Part shown: in pieces, positions 35,001 to 48,199 of the stretch
Layout of the letters: the number at the start of each line of letters is the position of its first letter
How positions within the stretch are numbered: the first letter of the stretch is position 1
Notes under the pieces: model-generated
Database searches by the model: none
What the model was told of the DNA's origin: nothing
The model's input: the letters and a program-made list of their open reading frames with translations, nothing else
Program-made: the position numbers and the translations under genes
NCBI GenBank assembly: GCA_036172245.1
Contig: JAYWIR010000003.1
Span: 372,001-436,000 of the forward strand
DNA from: Raillietiella orientalis
Lineage: Eukaryota
Direction: 5' to 3'
DNA length: 64,000 bases

Positions 35001-38000
35001 CTCGGTAAGACTGCACTGAGATCCGGGGGGGTGCACCCTCGCTAACCCCACAGAAGTCGACGGAGTCAGTCGCGGGTGGAAGACCGCTCCCGACTCCGGA
35101 CATTGCACCCTCTCGCGGCAGAGAGGGGAGACGGCCTCTCCTCCTTTGACGCGGCCACTCCCCTGGTCTGGCGCCATGCCTCCGTTCTTCCAGCTGTCCG
35201 CCGTCTCGGGACACTTCGAAGGCCACGAGGAACTCAAAGGAAGAGGTAGGGAGAGAGAAGCAGGGCGGATGAGGGAGTCACCCCTACAAAACGAGAACCG
35301 AAAAGGAATACAGGATAAGGCGAAGGAGATAGAGAGAGGGGAACAGTGAGAAGTCCCGAGTGAGAGGTCTCTTATAGCACAAGCACGAGGGGATGAGGCC
35401 ACAGATCACCCCAGAAACTCCCCTGTCTCTTCCCTCCCGGTTTTCCGCAGGCCCCCTAGCCTATCTGGATGCAGGAACGATCCCTCTCTGCATCCATTTG
35501 AGCGGCTGACTCGCTGCAGATCCTGGAACATTCCTAACTTCTCCCGAGTGAGGTCATGCCCGCACGATTTCCGAGCCATACCCCCTCGAAAGCGGAAAGC
35601 GGGAACCCGGGAATAAGGGGATAAAACTAAAGCAAAACATGTGCAGCCACCCCAACCATTCTTCCCCGTCAGTGGTTGACGGGGGGACGCGATGAACACT
35701 TGCTCACAAGTCTGATATATTTCGCCTTTTTTGGTCCCAAGTCGGCGGAGGGACTGCAGGCTCCGTCATCGCCTCCAGGCTCACCGAGGATCCCCAAGTC
35801 CGGGTGCTGCTGGTCGAAGCCGGGAGCGACGGCACCCTCTTCTCCGACATCCCTACTGGACTGGCTTTCCTGGCAGGGAACCGTCTGTATGACTGGATGC
35901 ACCCGTCGCAGAGGGAAAACACGTCCTGCTCGGGATTCAACGATGGGGTATGTGAATGCGATAGCAGTTCCCCTTCCTTCTCCTGCTCTCCCCCCCTCCT
36001 CTTTTTCCTTTCTTCTTCCTTCCTTCCTCATCCCTGTCGCCAGCGCCCTCATCGTTCTGGGTTCTTCCTTGACCCCCACCCTTTCTGCTTGCTTCCTTCT
36101 GGATTCTCGTGACCCGAGTGCGGGGGAGGGGGTGAGATACCAAAAGGAAACCTTTCCCCAATTGATCCGGCGTAGGTATGCACGTTGTCTCGCGGGAAGA
36201 TGCTCGGCGGGTCGAGCGCCATGAACGCCATGCTGTATGTGAGGGGTAATCGCAAGGACTTCGACCTCTGGCAGCTGGAGGGAAACAGCGGGTGGAGTTT
36301 CGAGGATCTCCTGCCGTACTTCCGAAAGTCGGAGGACAACAGGATCGCCACCATCCAGAACGACAGTAAGTAGAGCCGAGGTCGCGAGGGGAGGGGGCTG
36401 GTGGGAACGAGACGGACAGGTTCTCAGGTTCTGATTCTTTTCGGGAACGAAGGAAAGTACCACGGAACAGGGGGTCCCCTTCCCGTCTCTCAACCGTCCT
36501 TCCGCACCGTGCTCTCCGGGACGTGGCTGGAGGCCGGTCAGCAGATCGGCTACCCACTGGTGGACTACAACGGGCCGGTGCAGACTGGTGGGAATCGCAG
36601 GGTGGGAGGGAGCCAAGGAAGCAAGAAAAGTGCGTCCCCCTGCTTCCAGGGTTCGCGCTGCCGCAACTGACGACCGGGGACGGGCAGCGGTTCAGCGCCG
36701 CCCGCGCCTACCTGCGCCCCCACAACAGAAGGCCGAACCTCCAGGTGATCCTGAACTCCCGGGTGACCAAGGTGAGCCTGCGGATAGCAAGGAAGAGATA
36801 GTGGAAGGGAAGAGGAGGGAGGGAGGGAGGGCTGAGGACGGGGGCCGGAGGAAGGGGGAGAAGGGAAGACGGGATCTCGTTCCCTTCTCCTAGTTCCTCC
36901 GGGTGGGGTGAAGGTGGTGCTGATACGCAGCACCCATCCCCATCCGTCCCGCAGATCTTGGTGGACGGCAACGGGGCGGCGCAAGGCGTCCAGTTCATCC
37001 GCCATGGGTTCCTGTACGCGGCACGGGCGAAAAGGGAGGTAGTGTTGTGTGCGGGCGCCATCTCCTCCCCTCAGGTGCTCAAGCTCTCCGGGATCGGTCC
37101 CGCTCTGGAGCTGCAGTCCTTCGGGGTAAGTAGCCCGCCCTTCCTAATACCATTTCCTCGTTTCACGTCTCCTTCTCCACCCCCCTCCCTCTTTTCTATC
37201 CCGCGCTCCCCAGCTGCCCGTGGTACAAAACCTGCCGGTCGGGCTGAACATGGAGAGCCACGTGGCCGTGGGAGGCCTGGTGTTCAGCGTCAGGAAGCCG
37301 GTGACTCTTCTGCTGAAGAACATCGCGACCAATCTGACCGGGTTCGTCGACTACGCTCTCAACGGAGAAGGTGGGCGCCGCGGACTTCGGTGCGCTGCCG
37401 GCGCCTCTGGAGGACGGTCTTTCCCCTCCTCTCCTCGCTCCCCTCTTTCCGCGAGATCACCCCCGCAAGCCCTCTCCTTCCTCGCACCAGGTCCTCTGGG
37501 AGCGGTGCCTGTGGAGGGCGTCGGCTTCGTCAACTCGCGCCTGAACGCCGACAGGACGTGGCCCGACCTACAGCTCGAGCTGGAGACCTACAACCCCCTC
37601 ACCGGAGACGGAGGCTACCTCTTCCCGAGATTCGTCAACCTGAAGCGGGAGGTGAGAGTGCAGGGGAGCCCCGCTACTGCCGCGCCGCCTCCCGCTTTTC
37701 GGCGGCGCCGCGGCTCCTCTTTCCACTTCCTTTCCTCCCTCCCGCGGCCAGATCGCCGACACCTACAGTCCGCTCTTCAACAAGCACAGCGTCCAGGTGG
37801 TGCCCTTCGTCTTGCGTCCCAAGAGCAGGGGCCAGATCCTCCTCCGGAGTCGCAATCCCCTGGACCACCCCATCGTGATCCGAAACTGGTACCAACACCC
37901 CGATGACGTGCGGCTCGCACTGGAAGGTGTCAAGACCGTCATGGAGGTCATGACCGCGAAGCCCTTCCTGGACGCCGGGGTCGAGTTCTTTCCCGCTGTT

Positions 38001-38727
38001 CTGCCTCCCTGTGCCCACCTCCCTCATTTCTCCGACCGGTACTGGGAGTGCCACATTCGCACCTTCTCATGGACCCAATGGCACGAAACGTCCACCTGCA
38101 AGATGGGACCTCCGGGGGACCCCCTCGCTGTCGTGGACAACAAGCTCAGGTATTTCCAGGTAGCACCAACGCTCCTCTCCTCTTCCCCTTCCTCGCTCCT
38201 TTATCCCAATGAGAAGCGTGGGAGACGACGGGGGATCCGGGGCACTCTGGTTTGCCCCGAGCGTGCGACCCGAAAGTTCCCCACATTTACGCGAGATAAC
38301 GTTTTCGTTCCGCCAAGCTTGGAGGGAAGGTGGTGGGGAAGGGAGAGACCCTCGGACTTTTGACTAAAGGTGGACGAGAAGGAGGGAGAGAGGAGGAGGG
38401 AGGAAAGAGGTTTCCTGCCAAAGAGGAACGGATGGTGCTCTCTCTGCGGGAACGGAGGTGGCGGAGGTTGGATGAGGGCACTCCACCCCCCGACGCTGGA
38501 ACTGCGTACGGAGACGCCCGTCCCTTCTTTCAGCCCTCCTCCCCCTTCCCCCGCTTTTCCTCCTACGCTTTTGTACACTTTCTTGTTCCCCCAGGGTGTA
38601 CGGCGTCAGGAAACTGCGAGTGGCAGACACCTCGGTGTTCCCCCACATCACCTCCGGGAACCTACAGGCCCCGACCTACATGGTCGCAGAGAAAGCCGCC
38701 GATCTCATCCGTGAAGACTGGCTCTGA
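32046..38727 (+). CDS. GMC oxidoreductase, glucose dehydrogenase [FAD, quinone]-like
   Basis: Ten GT-AG exons: 32046-32199, 35742-35947, 36176-36365, 36453-36587, 36650-36771, 36955-37125, 37214-37370, 37491-37651, 37752-38149, 38595-38727. FAD motif [107 protein letters not shown]. Confidence 0.93.
32900..34700 (+). mobile_element. Eroded L1/Tx1-like 3' segment inside GMC intron 1
   Basis: [21 protein letters not shown] and [12 protein letters not shown] parallel ESATLLLHWDLPCNSRR, PPMWER and ASLCCLRGIVAA of the 59.4-kb copy. Confidence 0.4.
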
Positions 38728-38999
38728 AAGAAAGTAGATGAAATCCGTGTCAAAATGGAGCCACTATGGCTCCCGCTCGTGTCATTTTTGGGGTGTCCTC
38801 CTCCTCCTTTCCTTCTCCCTTCATCCTCCTCCTTCTTTCGCCATCCTAAGGCTCCTGAAGGGCACTGGAGAGGAGGACGGACAGCGCCAGCCGAGGTGCT
38901 GCGGCGCAAGCTGCTGCGGGTTGCGAGAAATCGGGACGGCGAGGTGGGAAAACTGCGGAGGAATAGGAGGAGATGGTTTGCGCCTGGAAATCATCGCTC

Positions 39000-41900
39000 C
39001 CTCCTTTTCCTCCCGCCCGGGAGGTGATTCCATCTCTCTCGAGGCGCAGCCCCCTTTCCCTCTCTCCGTCTCTTACCTTCCCTTCCCGAATTTCATACGG
39101 CCGCTCTTCCGTCCCGAGGTGGCGACTGGAGAAGGAGGAACGGAAGGGCGAGAATGGGGAACGGGTCAGGCAGGCGGAAAGTGGCTGTCGCCCCTCCCGG
39201 ACGGGAAGGACCCTCGCGTGAAAGGCGTCGTCTCAATGGCGTCACTGAGAGAGGGCACGGAGAAGTACGCCTTAGGCCGATCCCCGTCAGCCACTGGAAA
39301 ATTCGACCCAGCTCGTCCGGAAACTCCTTCCATCTCTCCCCTCCCTGTCTCTCCCTCGAGCCCGACGGCACCTCGGTGGCGCGCGTGAAGGGCGGGAAGG
39401 AGAGGGAGCGGAAGGAGAAGCGGGAGGAATGCGCGCTGGAGATTGGGTTCCGACGCCGGCGCCCGCTGTCCCAACGAGCGCATTTCCGCTCCGGCGACCT
39501 CTCGTGTGATGACCCTGTCGTCCGGGAGACGCCGTTCGCCGGCACCGCCTCCAGCGGCTCCGCATCCCCTCCCTCCGTCCCTCCGAGCAGCGGCCGCCGC
39601 GCCAAGCGAGTCCAAGCGGCCCTCCCGAGAGGTGGAGCTTGCTGTCTCGCTGCCAGGGAGAGCTCGGGCGGCGGTGGGGGGGGGAGGGGGAGGAAGGGAG
39701 AGGCGGAGGCAGGAGCTCGGCTTCCCCCTTCTGCGGGCTGGTGGGCGGGCAGGCGTTTCGCCGGGAGCTCCCGTCTCCGCGGCGGGGAAGACGCACGGCG
39801 GCGGCGACGGAAGGAGAAAGTGATGCGAGCGTGGCGTCCCACTATTCCGCCGGAGGAGACTAAGAACAGGGAAGAGGAGGAGGAGGAGGAGGAGCAGCAG
39901 CAGCAGCAGGATCGCAGGAAGACGGCGAGGGCGGCGGCGGTAGGTGGAAAGTCCTGGTCATCGACCTGCCAGCCGAGAAGATCGCGGCGCCAACCACCGC
40001 ACCGCTGGTGTGCGGCGCGGGATGCCTCCGAGACCACGTGTGCAGCCGCCTCATCTCGGAGTCTCCCGGTAACGTGCAGGCATCCCGCCTTTTTTTCCTC
40101 TTGCATGGGGTCATGGCCGGGGGAGGGGAGCGAGCGGGAAGGGGGCGGCTCGCCGCTTCTCGGGAGAGGAGGATCAGTGACGACCCCGCTTTCCCACTCG
40201 ATCCATCTCAAGGATCCGTCCTTGCCCGCTCACCCCTGTCCTCCCGACGACGGCGCCGTCTGCCAACCTCCCATGCTGTTGCCACGCCATCTCTTCATCC
40301 CGAGTGGTTCCAGTGGCTCCCAGGGAGCAAGTGCGAGGGTGTAGGGGGGTTGCGCTCCTGAGAGCGAAAAGGCTAAGGCGGGGGAGGGAAGATGCATCTG
40401 GAACGGAATTCGTGGCTCAGATGACCCCTGGGGCGCTCTCGGACCGCCTCTTCTCTTCTTATGTCTTTACTTTCTCCCGGGGTGTTCCCGCGCGGCTCCC
40501 TTCTCTCTCCGGTGCAGGTTGTCGCGGATACGGTGGCAGTGTGGAACACAGACGGGGTCATGTGGTCCTCCTCTCCCCATCCGCACCGCTACCGCCGCCG
40601 GCGCCCGCCTGCGAGGGATCCCGGAGATGCCCTCGGTGAAGAGCCGTCGTCCTCATGGTCCGGGAAGCGGGATTGCCACCGTAGGCTCCTCCCGAGGTCG
40701 CCAAGCGAAGGCGGGAATCTCCGGTCAAGGCTCCTTCGAAAGCCTTCTTCCTTGGGAAGGGGGCGAGGAGGGAGTCCCCTCAGGAGAAACTCCCCTCCCC
40801 TCCTGCCGACCCCTGGAAGCGGCCATTCGCCGAAAGGAGGAGAAGGAGGAGGAGGAGACTCACTCGCTGCCCGGGTTGCGCCGCAGCGCGCGTCCAGCAG
40901 GCGTGGCATTCGCTTCCGGTGAGGGCCTCGCGTCCTCCTCCTCCTCCTCTCCCCTCCACCTTCCATCCAGTCTGCACCAGACGCGCGATCCCCCACACCA
41001 TCACCCCGCTTCTGGGGAAATCTGGTGACCACCACTTCGGGCGGGGGCGCCCCATCATCTGCGTCTCATCTTCTTCCGCGCGCGCTCGTCCCAGAACGGC
41101 TCGAGGTTCCAGCGTGGTTGCTGAATCGGTCCAGGTTCAGGTCGGCTCCCGGGGGAGGGGAGAGTCTTCGAGATCCCGGCCGGACCCCGTCAGGAGGGAT
41201 AGCCGGGGGATACGAAGGGGTTTTCCAGGGATCCAGAGACGCTGCGACCAAGCAGTCGGACGAGGAGGAGGAGGAAGAAGGGCACCGCGGCACGCAGATG
41301 GGGAGGAGCGTCGCGGCATTCACTCGCCATCAAGGTATCGCTCTCTCGCTCAACTGTAGCGGATGAGCGCAGTTCTCTGGCGTCTTTCCCCCGTGGGCTC
41401 CCGTTTGCCGGAGAAAGGAATGGGGCCATGCCGGTCGGTTTTCGTTGTCTTGGGTTTTCCTATGCGCTCCCCCCTCTCTCCCCGGACATCTCTGCCGTCG
41501 CCTCGCGCGACCTCATCCGCTCGGCGAAACATCGGATTCGACCGTGGCGACTCGACACGGAGAGTACACGCACCCGCGTCGCAGCGGGAAACGCCGACTC
41601 CGCCGCCATTTGTTGGCAGCGACGTGAGACTCGGCGTTTTTTTGCTCCAACTCTGGTTCTCGTTAGCAGTCGGCATGACTTGGCTGCGACGGCACCTGTG
41701 ATTATGCTGGTGCCGGCATCGCGTGATTGTGGAAGCCCCAGGCCACATGATTTGGCGGAAATTAAGGCCCTGCGGTGGAGCGTTTGCTGCGGTACGTGAC
41801 GTTTCCCAACTCTGGGCGCCCGACTCGTGCGACACGAGGGGACACCGGCTCGAAGGATGGAGGCTCGCGGACCGTGTGCCGGCCCCATACCGCGAGCCTG
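39000..41900 (-). mobile_element. Eroded L1/Tx1-like RT relic
   Basis: DGVRPGSRRLSP...LNLD (~41130-41200, the GVRQG.PLSP motif) followed downstream by DADD (41054-41065, the YADD motif). Boundaries uncertain. Confidence 0.5.
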
Positions 41901-42444
41901 CTCTCACCCGTGCCCATCGCGAGAGCCGGCGACTGTAAGGGAAGAAGCGTCTCCTCCCTGTTTGGTTTACGCAGGCAAATGTCGCCTGATCTGCGGTGAG
42001 AGCGCGGCGCGCACGGCAGGCGCGCGACCTTGGGAAACCGCGTTGTCACGCGGCGGTGGCGGCGGCGGCGGATGGTGAGTTTGCGCACGCTGAGCGCCGA
42101 TCGCCCGTGGTTTCCCGTGAGGGGGGCGAGCCGTCGCGTGTTTCCCGGGGGGAGGGGGGAGTTCGTTTCCCGGGGGAGGCAGTAGCATCGCAACCTCGGG
42201 AGAAACGTGGGACTCCCGAGCTCGCTTCGCGCGCTCCAGCAGTCGCTCGCACTCCCGCGCGTTACCTCCCACGGGAGTGCGATCCCGCGCTTCTGGTTGT
42301 CGCCTGACTCCTGGAGGCGGGCTCGGCGCCGTGGCAACGCTCGCAGCGCGTGCGTGCCGGGGGGAGACCGTGAAAGGACAAAAAAAAAGAAAAACGCGCT
42401 GTTTTCCAGGACAGGCAGCGCCGGCGACCTGTGAGGGTTACCGG

Positions 42445-45400
42445 ATGGGCGGCGCTCACTCCCAGCCCTCGGCGGCGGGTGGCGAACGCTTCGGCCCGTT
42501 CCTGCGCGAGCCCCTGAAGAAACGGGCGCTGCTGCCCTCATCGGTGAAGGTGCTGCCGCAGATCGAGGGCGGCGCCGCGCAGCACCTGAGGTGCACCAGG
42601 AATGGCGTTCTGCTCCGGACTTACGGGACCGTGAAAGCGAAAGCTCCCCTCCTTCCCTCCGCACTGGACGGAGCCCTCCCCTCGCCGGCGAGGCGGGATC
42701 CCGCACCCGAGCCTTCTCATGCCCTCATCGAAGGGAAATCCCCCCGCGGACCCCTGCGGAGGGACAGACGCGGGAGCGGGGAGTTATCGGCCTCCCCCCG
42801 CGATGCCGGTGCCAGGCGCTCGCCCGGGTCGAAGGAGCCCCAGCGCCGCGTGTCCGCAGGAGGGACCTCTCTCTCCCCTGACCGCGAGGGCCACGACTCC
42901 CCCTTCACGGAACCAGTGCAGAACCATCCTTGGGCGCTCCCTCGCGACGAGGATGGCGTCTCGAGGTTTTACTACGGGTTTCGTCCCGGGAGCGGCGGCG
43001 GCCCTCCAGGGAAACGTCCCTCCTCCACACCCCCTCCTTTCTCCCACGAGGAGCTGGAAGAGGACCGAGTCAGCGTCCGATGGAAGGTGTTCCCTCCCAG
43101 GAAGAAGGCGGAGCCGGTGAACTTCCACCCTTTGGCCGTCTGGCGGCAGCTCAGGTCCCCTGGGATCGACTACGGAGACGAGGACGAAGAGGAAGGGGAG
43201 GGGGAAGGCGGGAGCCCGTTCCCGGCGGTGGACAAGTCCGGCGACTCGGGCATCGCCACCGACGCCAACAGCCCCGGTCTCTCCGGCCGGGATTCCCGGT
43301 TCCCAGTCGCTGCCTCGCCCCCGCTGCTGCTGAGCAACTTCTCCAGGGACGTCGCCCGCGTGAACTTTCCGGCCTCCTGTCGGTACCGCCCCACGGAGAT
43401 GCCTTCCCGCCCCCCGTTTGATCCCTTCCCGTACGGGAAGGGAAAGAAGCTCTTCCGCGTCCTGGGAGACAACTGGTTGCTCAGCAACCGGGAACGGTCT
43501 TCGGACCTGCCCGCCGATCTCTTCTCGGCGGGAGCTGTTGCGCGCCTTTCGCGGCCCTCGGTCTTCTCGGGCAGACTCGAGTTCGGACCGCGTCCCCGCT
43601 GCTCCGAAGAAGAGGAAGAAGGCGACGGGAAGGGTTCCCGCGACTCTTCCGCCTCAGGAGGGATGCGGAAGTGCAGTTGTGCGGGATACCTGCGAGAGCG
43701 GGCAGCCATCGGGGACGACGACAGCTGCAACCCGGCCCACCCTCTGTGCATCTCCCTGCCGGCGCTGTACCGCGCCCGCCCGGCGGGGAACCGCGGGAGC
43801 GCCGGATCCGACCGGGAGAACGTTCATCCCGGGAGTCGCCCCCCCAACGGCTACCGGAAGGACAAGCTGCGCCGCAGGAAGGCCAGGAGTCGGCCTGTAG
43901 CAGCCCCCCCGGAGAGCACCTCCTCCTCGCTCGTCAGCCGCAGCCTTTCGTCGTCCAGCCCAGACGTGCGGCCCGTCTCCACGGAGCTGCCCGAGCTCCG
44001 ACAGCGTCGCGTGGACTACCGGGATTGCTGGCACTGGAATGACCTGTCCGGTCCGGCGCAGCTCCGGTGAGTACCTCCCATGCCCTTGACATCGGGGACT
44101 CTGGGGTGAAGTTGAGAGGGGAAATCCCAAAAGAAAAAAAAAAGTGGGGGAGGAGCGGAGGGTGGAAGAGCCGAGGAAATGGATGAAGAAAAAGCATCGG
44201 TGCATCCGAGCGCGTCGTCCTGGCAGCGCACTCATCCTTGCGAATGGACAGCCGTTCCACCAGTCGCAACGGCGGCACCGCCTCGCCGTATTGGTCCAAA
44301 AAAAAAAAAAAAAGAGTGGATCTTGAAGAGGTCCGGCAGCGTGTGCGGGTGGAGCAGGGGGGGGACACCGATCGCGCCTGAGACGGGCGGCAGTCATCTC
44401 TGTGGCAGAAGAGATTCCGGATTCGGGAAAGGAAGGGACATCTCCGCGTCCCTCGATCCGGGGAGAGGCGCGCCGACTTTGCGGGGAGTTCTCCTCCTCA
44501 CTCATTTTCCCGGCTCCTCGAAGGACTCTTCCTACCCTGATTTCCTGGAACTCGAACTGGGATCACCCCTGACTCGGGAGAAATTCAAACCCCCCCCGGA
44601 TCCCATTGTTCCGCCGCTCCCGCCTGTTGCTTCCGCTTCCTTCTCCCATAGGCGCTGAGGTCATTCCTGCGTCCTTGTCTCTCTACCTTCCCTCTTCTTC
44701 CCTTCTTTTTGGCCGTCTCCCACAAGTCCCCCTCCCTTATCCCTTCCCCGGCATAGCTAGGACACAGCTCTCCCTCTCGGCTTCGTTCCCTTTTCGAGCA
44801 GGAGGAGGTGGGAGCCGGCCTGGGGAGTCAAAAAAAAAAAATTACCGAGTGACAGACGAAGAGTTTTTATCTGGGATGTCGGGAAGGTCGGGAGGAAGGA
44901 GGAAGCGAACCCGGAAAGGAAGCGGACCTTCCCGATGTGCGGTTCACGTTGTACGCCCGCCGTCCGCGGAAGAGGAGGAGGAAACACGGCGGTTACCGAA
45001 AGCCGAAATGGACGTGTCCCGTTGACCAGGTATGTGTCCAGCTCCGGGCTCGCGGCAATTTCCGCTTCCTGCACGCCCTCCAGAAGGGGAACGGATTCGA
45101 TACGTATCTTTCGCGGAAGCGGACGAACGCAGCTTCGCTCTGCTCGCGCAGTCGGGTCACGCTGCCGGGACGCCGAGAAGCACGAACCCTGGGGAAGTGT
45201 TGTGACACCAGCTGGCCTCGGCACCGGCTTCCCGCTTCCTTACAGCTTGCGAGGACGAAATGCGCGATGAGGCGGGCGACTCCGGAGAGACTGCTGCAAC
45301 AGTTGGTTTTCTCGTTGTTTTTTTTTTTTTTTTTTTTTGGGGGGGGGGGGGGAGGTCGGCGGATGCGTGACTCTGCGGGTCTGAAAGAGCTCGCTGGAGG

Positions 45401-45701
45401 CGATCGCTTGCCGCGGGTTGTTCTGCCGCGGTACCACGTCGCACGCGACTTCGTGAGCTGCCGACAGCACGCACGGCTGCTTCGCGCGGTCCACGCCGAG
45501 GAGCGGGGGGATGGTGATGCTCTCTCCGTGACGACGGCCCGACGGAAGTGGTATCTCGCTCACTCCACGGAATTCCTTCCCGATGCGACCTCCATGGTGA
45601 CGACTCGGCACAGATTTCAGCTTGAGATTAAGCGCATTCCACCGATGGCTCCGGAGGTATTTGCTCTGAGGAAGGAAACTGATAAACGCGATTACGGGTA
45701 G
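42445..45701 (+). CDS. Divergent SOCS (SOCS16D / SOCS6-7-type)-like gene; large first exon 42445-44066, 3' exons unresolved
   Basis: 541-codon open frame starting MGGAHSQ and ending at a GTGAGT donor. KVLPQ..LRCTRNGVLLRTYGT and KSGDSGIAT resemble recalled arthropod SOCS16D N-termini. WHWNDLSG resembles the SH2 start WYWGPISG. Downstream DSSYPDF, VQLRARGNFRF and LKELA..RVVL..HVARD resemble SH2/SOCS-box remnants. Confidence 0.5.
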
Positions 45702-48199
45702 GGGAAACGATGGCTGTCGAAAGAGGGTGTTGCCGTCAAAACAAACGGTCTTTGCCGACACGCCCCCTCCCCACATCGTTGCGGAAAACGTAAGAAACCC
45801 GGCAACAAACATCCGAACGATTAGTGAACGTGAGGGGTTGGCTCTTCATCCCAGTAGGAGTTCTGCGGTTATCATACCGTGTCAGAGATCCCGATAGGAC
45901 AGTGATCTTCTCCGTTAGGATGGCACAGACCGTCCGACCCATCAGGAAGGAACCACCTATGGGAACCAGATAGGCCGGACAACAAATCAACCGGGAATCG
46001 CATGCGAAAAGGATGGGGGGAGGGGGGGGGACTCCGTCTCGCTTTTCCCCATGAGGGAAGTCGTGTATCGTCAAAGACGAATGACGTGATGCATCGCCGT
46101 CAGTCAGTCTGCGGATTCTCGATTCATGTTCACTTCCGGTCCCCCCCCCCCAAAGGATCTGGAGATCCCTTTGCAAGGTGTTCCCCGCAAAATTTGCAAG
46201 CGCACGCGGTTTTCGTTTGTTTCTTTGTTTTCCATTTTTGGTTTGCTCCTGTAGGACGGCTCCGTCTCCCCTGGGAAGCTATTCTAATCCATTCGACGCG
46301 TGCTCAAAGTGCTCGACGGGAACCGAAACCCCTTATGTGTTTTTGCATCCAGAAATCATTTGCGATATCCCGAAGATTCCAGCTGCTACGCATCCCCACG
46401 GTGGTAAGGGTTTCCCTATCCCTATCTCACACTCATTGGAATGCACGTTCCAGATAACAACAACTGGTCCCAGACCAAGTTCAGTAGGATCAAGCGCTAG
46501 CCTTAACCTCCTCCTCTCTCCAGAGAAGCCGAGCCAGCAGCAGGCGGACGCTGTTTCGGAGCAATTTCGGCAGAGCTCAGATTTCACGTTCGAATGGTCT
46601 GCATGGTGCCAAGTCCGCCTTGGTGGCTTCCAGAACACCCCCCTCACATTCAGAGCAGACCGCCGCAATCTTTTGAAAGTACAACTCCTCTTTCCCCGCA
46701 TTTTTTTTTTTTCTTCCCCTATGTGCTCGCGTTTTGACATTCCTAGAAAAGCACCTGCTTCAAGAAGAGCACGTGCTCAGCTCGATGGTCGGCCCTCGAA
46801 TCCATGTGCAAATTGAAGTGGGGGTTGTCATTCCGTTCAAGTAGCCCGGAACGATAAGTGAATAAAGAAAGAATGCTGGATGTACTTGAACCATTTAAAT
46901 GAAACAATTTCCGAATCAGACACGTCGAGAAAACCTTTGACTTTAATGTGCTTTAAACATGACTTCCAGTGTTTTCTTCGTCAGTTACACATGTAGGGAC
47001 GAGACGAAAAGGGAATACATGCATCGTACTTCCGTGATGGAGGCATTCTGCCAGAAATTAGTGGAAACAACATCATCTACCACGACACTGGCCTCCTGCA
47101 TTAATGTTGCTTCCCTTATGTAAGATTTTGTTGTAGCGCATGCATTGTAGTGTACCATCATTACCCGGAATGGGATGATCTCTCGAGGAGCTTCAAAAGT
47201 ATGAGAATACATAAAGTTTCATTCGGAAATGTTGACAAGTCTAACTGAAACACAAAAGAAAAAAAAAAACACACGAGATTGTGTTGAATGACACGTAAAT
47301 CTATAAGTACCCATTAAATTCAGCACATTAGCATGCTTGCATGTGTTTCGCTTAGCATAGTATTTTTTTTTTATTGCGCCTCCGTAGAAGTTCCTAATTT
47401 AAAAAAAAAAAATGTTAAAAGAGTTCTGTTCTCATGATTGCAGCAGGGACATACTCGTTGGAGACAGATCGTCTTGGTGGAATTCGATCGTTGGATGTGC
47501 ACAGGTACGGGAAAAAAAAATTTTTTTTTTTTCTTTCCATCTTGCAAATGGATGTAGTCACACATAATGATTACATGAATTGGTTTAAGCAAATATAAAG
47601 CAGGCACATGTGACGAGAATCATTAAAAAAACATTGCAGCAATGTGCAAGAGTATTCAACTTGATGATGAAGATGAAAAATAATGAAAAGTGGTGTATAT
47701 TCATTTTCAATTTCGGATTAATTGTTTTGTTGGTTGTTGAGCACGAGATTTTCATGCAGTGCTTTGGTGCAGAAGACTCCCTGAAAAAAGTGTTCAAATG
47801 TGGTTGTAAAAATTGCGTTATGAAAGAAGAATAATCTCTTTTGTTTTCGTGTTCCCGTTTTATTTCCAAAGATTGTGTTTTTGATTTTGTTTTAAATTAG
47901 ATTACGTGAATTGGGCATATGAAACAGTGACGAAGATGAGAGATAATGAAGACCAGGGTTAATGAGTTTTGTTGTCCCACGTCACCATTCTTTTCTTTCG
48001 TGAATTACAAACGAATTATATAGGAAAATGTTTTCATAGCATAATCGGGATTCGTATACGTAATTAAGTTACATTATTCTCTCCGATTAATACGATTCAA
48101 TTAACGAGCTTCCATCGAGCAGTGTTTGTAGTTAATAAGAATGTAGATAGATATGTTAAAGATCGAACGATTTTGAACTCCAAATTTCACGAATGTTTT

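Noticed and set aside
28355..41907. Many long overlapping Arg/Pro/Gly/Ser-rich ORFs (e.g. 28517-29368, 39093-40211, 39154-40344)
   Set aside because: Expected from stop-codon scarcity in GC-rich DNA. They overlap on both strands and coincide with retroelement relics or the GMC antisense strand.
46178..46816. 212-aa ORF with splice-like sites
   Set aside because: No recognisable domain and no consistent exon phase.
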